Assembly (NCBI GenBank): GCA_035266305.1
Contig: DATFNQ010000132.1
Span: 13,753 to 77,752, forward strand
Direction: 5' to 3'
Length of the DNA: 64,000 nucleotides
From: Methylovirgula sp.
Lineage (GTDB): Bacteria > Pseudomonadota > Alphaproteobacteria > Rhizobiales > Beijerinckiaceae
Shown here: positions 62,742-64,000 of the stretch, in pieces
Numbering within the stretch: position 1 is the first letter of the stretch
Layout of the letters: every line of letters starts with the position of its first letter
Translations under genes and position numbers: made by a program
Notes under the pieces: generated by a model
What the model saw: the letters and a program-made list of their open reading frames with translations, nothing else
Told to the model about the DNA's origin: nothing
Databases searched by the model: none

Positions 62742-64000
62742 ACCTCTCCATGCCCAGGCTTTTCGCCAACGTGGCCAGCCAACCGGAGAGCAAAGGTCCG
62801 GTGGCGGTGGTCGATATCGGCTCGAATTCGGTTCGGCTCGTCGTCTATGACGGGCTCAGCCGGGCGCCGACGCCAATCCTCAACGAAAAGGCGCTCTGCG
62901 CGATCGGCCATGGTGTCGCGACGACTGGCGAGCTTTCCGCGCTCGGCGTCGAAAAAGCGCTCATATCCATGCGGCGCTTCAAGACGCTGATCACGATCAT
63001 GGGGGTGGATGACATCTATGCGATCGCGACCGCGGCGGCGCGCGACGCATCGAACGGCCCGGCCTTTATCGCCGAGGCGACCGCGGCGATCGGCGCGCCG
63101 GTCGATTTGCTCTCCGGCCGCCGCGAAGCCGAACTCTCCGCGCTCGGCGTCATCTCCAGCTTCCATGCGCCGGACGGGATCGTCGCCGATCTCGGCGGCG
63201 GGTCGCTCGAACTCATCGACATCAAGGGGACGAGGCTTGGCAAGGGCATCAGTCTGCCGCTCGGCGGTCTATCGCTGATGGATGCTTCGGACCACTCGTT
63301 GCGCACCGCCGTCAAGATCGCCCGCGATTGCTTGGCCAAGGTCAAGATGCTCGGCCAATTGCAGGGGCGCACCCTTTATGCGGTCGGGGGAACTTGGCGG
63401 GCGCTGGCCAAGCTGCATATGCGTCAGCGCAATTATTTCCTGAGCGTCATGCACGGCTATGTCATTCCGGCGCGCGAGGCGGCGGATTTCGCGGGCCTCG
63501 TCGAGCGGGTGAATGCCGAAGCCCTGGTCGCGGTCGAGAGCGTCACTCCGGCGCGGCGGCCGCTGCTCGCCTATGGCGCGATCGTTCTCGATGAGCTCAT
63601 TCGCAGGGCACAGCCCAAGGAAGTAACGATTTCAGCGGCGGGATTGCGGGAAGGGCTGCTCTACGAAAGGCTCAGCAGCGCCGAGCGACGGCAAGATCCT
63701 TTGCTCGTCGCGGCCCGCGCGTTCAACGAGATCAACGCGCGCTCGCCGGGCCACGCGGAGGACCTCTGCGCTTGGACCGATCAATTCATCGAATCGGCGC
63801 GTTTCGACGAAAGCGCCGAGGAAAAGCGGCTGCGGTACGCCGCCTGTCTGCTCGCCGATGTCAACTGGCGCGCGCATCCCGACTACCGCAGCGAGCAAAG
63901 CCTCAACATCGTTGCCAATGCGGCGTTCACCGGCATCGATCATCCGGGCCGGTGTTTCATTGCGCTGGCCATGTCCTACCGCTATCTCGGCCTCGATGCG
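62738..64000 (+). CDS. ppx: Exopolyphosphatase Ppx/GppA (runs off the window; absent from ORF track)
   Basis: Hand translation [39 protein letters not shown]; GTGA overlap with ppk1. Confidence 0.93.
   Translation, partial: MNLSMPRLFANVASQPESKGPVAVVDIGSNSVRLVVYDGLSRAPTPILNEKALCAIGHGVATTGELSALGVEKALISMRRFKTLITIMGVDDIYAIATAAARDASNGPAFIAEATAAIGAPVDLLSGRREAELSALGVISSFHAPDGIVADLGGGSLELIDIKGTRLGKGISLPLGGLSLMDASDHSLRTAVKIARDCLAKVKMLGQLQGRTLYAVGGTWRALAKLHMRQRNYFLSVMHGYVIPAREAADFAGLVERVNAEALVAVESVTPARRPLLAYGAIVLDELIRRAQPKEVTISAAGLREGLLYERLSSAERRQDPLLVAARAFNEINARSPGHAEDLCAWTDQFIESARFDESAEEKRLRYAACLLADVNWRAHPDYRSEQSLNIVANAAFTGIDHPGRCFIALAMSYRYLGLDA

Overview
High-GC alphaproteobacterial chromosome segment. 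Gene content and order point to Hyphomicrobiales, plausibly Beijerinckiaceae/methylotroph-like (inference). The backbone is conserved housekeeping: lepB-rnc-era...recO-parC; bpt/ate; hemB; ldtR-L,D-transpeptidase-glyA-nrdR-ribD-ribE-ribH-nusB-thiL-hppA; bamE; plsX-fabH-ihfA-MerR-tRNA-Pro; thrS; rne/amidase-PBP1A-prfB (programmed +1 frameshift); hisI-folE; iscU-like-yidD; ald/Lrp; ppk1-ppx. Small accessory inserts interrupt it. The most notable lies between era and recO: a 25-codon orphan pqqA missing from the ORF track, with its own SD and terminator, divergent from a histidine kinase/OmpR-type pair across 11-bp-phased (TG/GG)(T/C)AAGA boxes. Next to it, a B12-radical SAM gene is bracketed by two copies of the recO 5' end. 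A second integrase-less mini-island is bracketed by two copies of the hemB 3' end. A decaying island after tRNA-Pro carries a divergent Hfq/Sm-like gene, a c-type cytochrome and pseudogenes. A HigBA-like TA pair appears fused to remnants of a second TA pair. Assignments come from motif recognition by eye; no searches were run.
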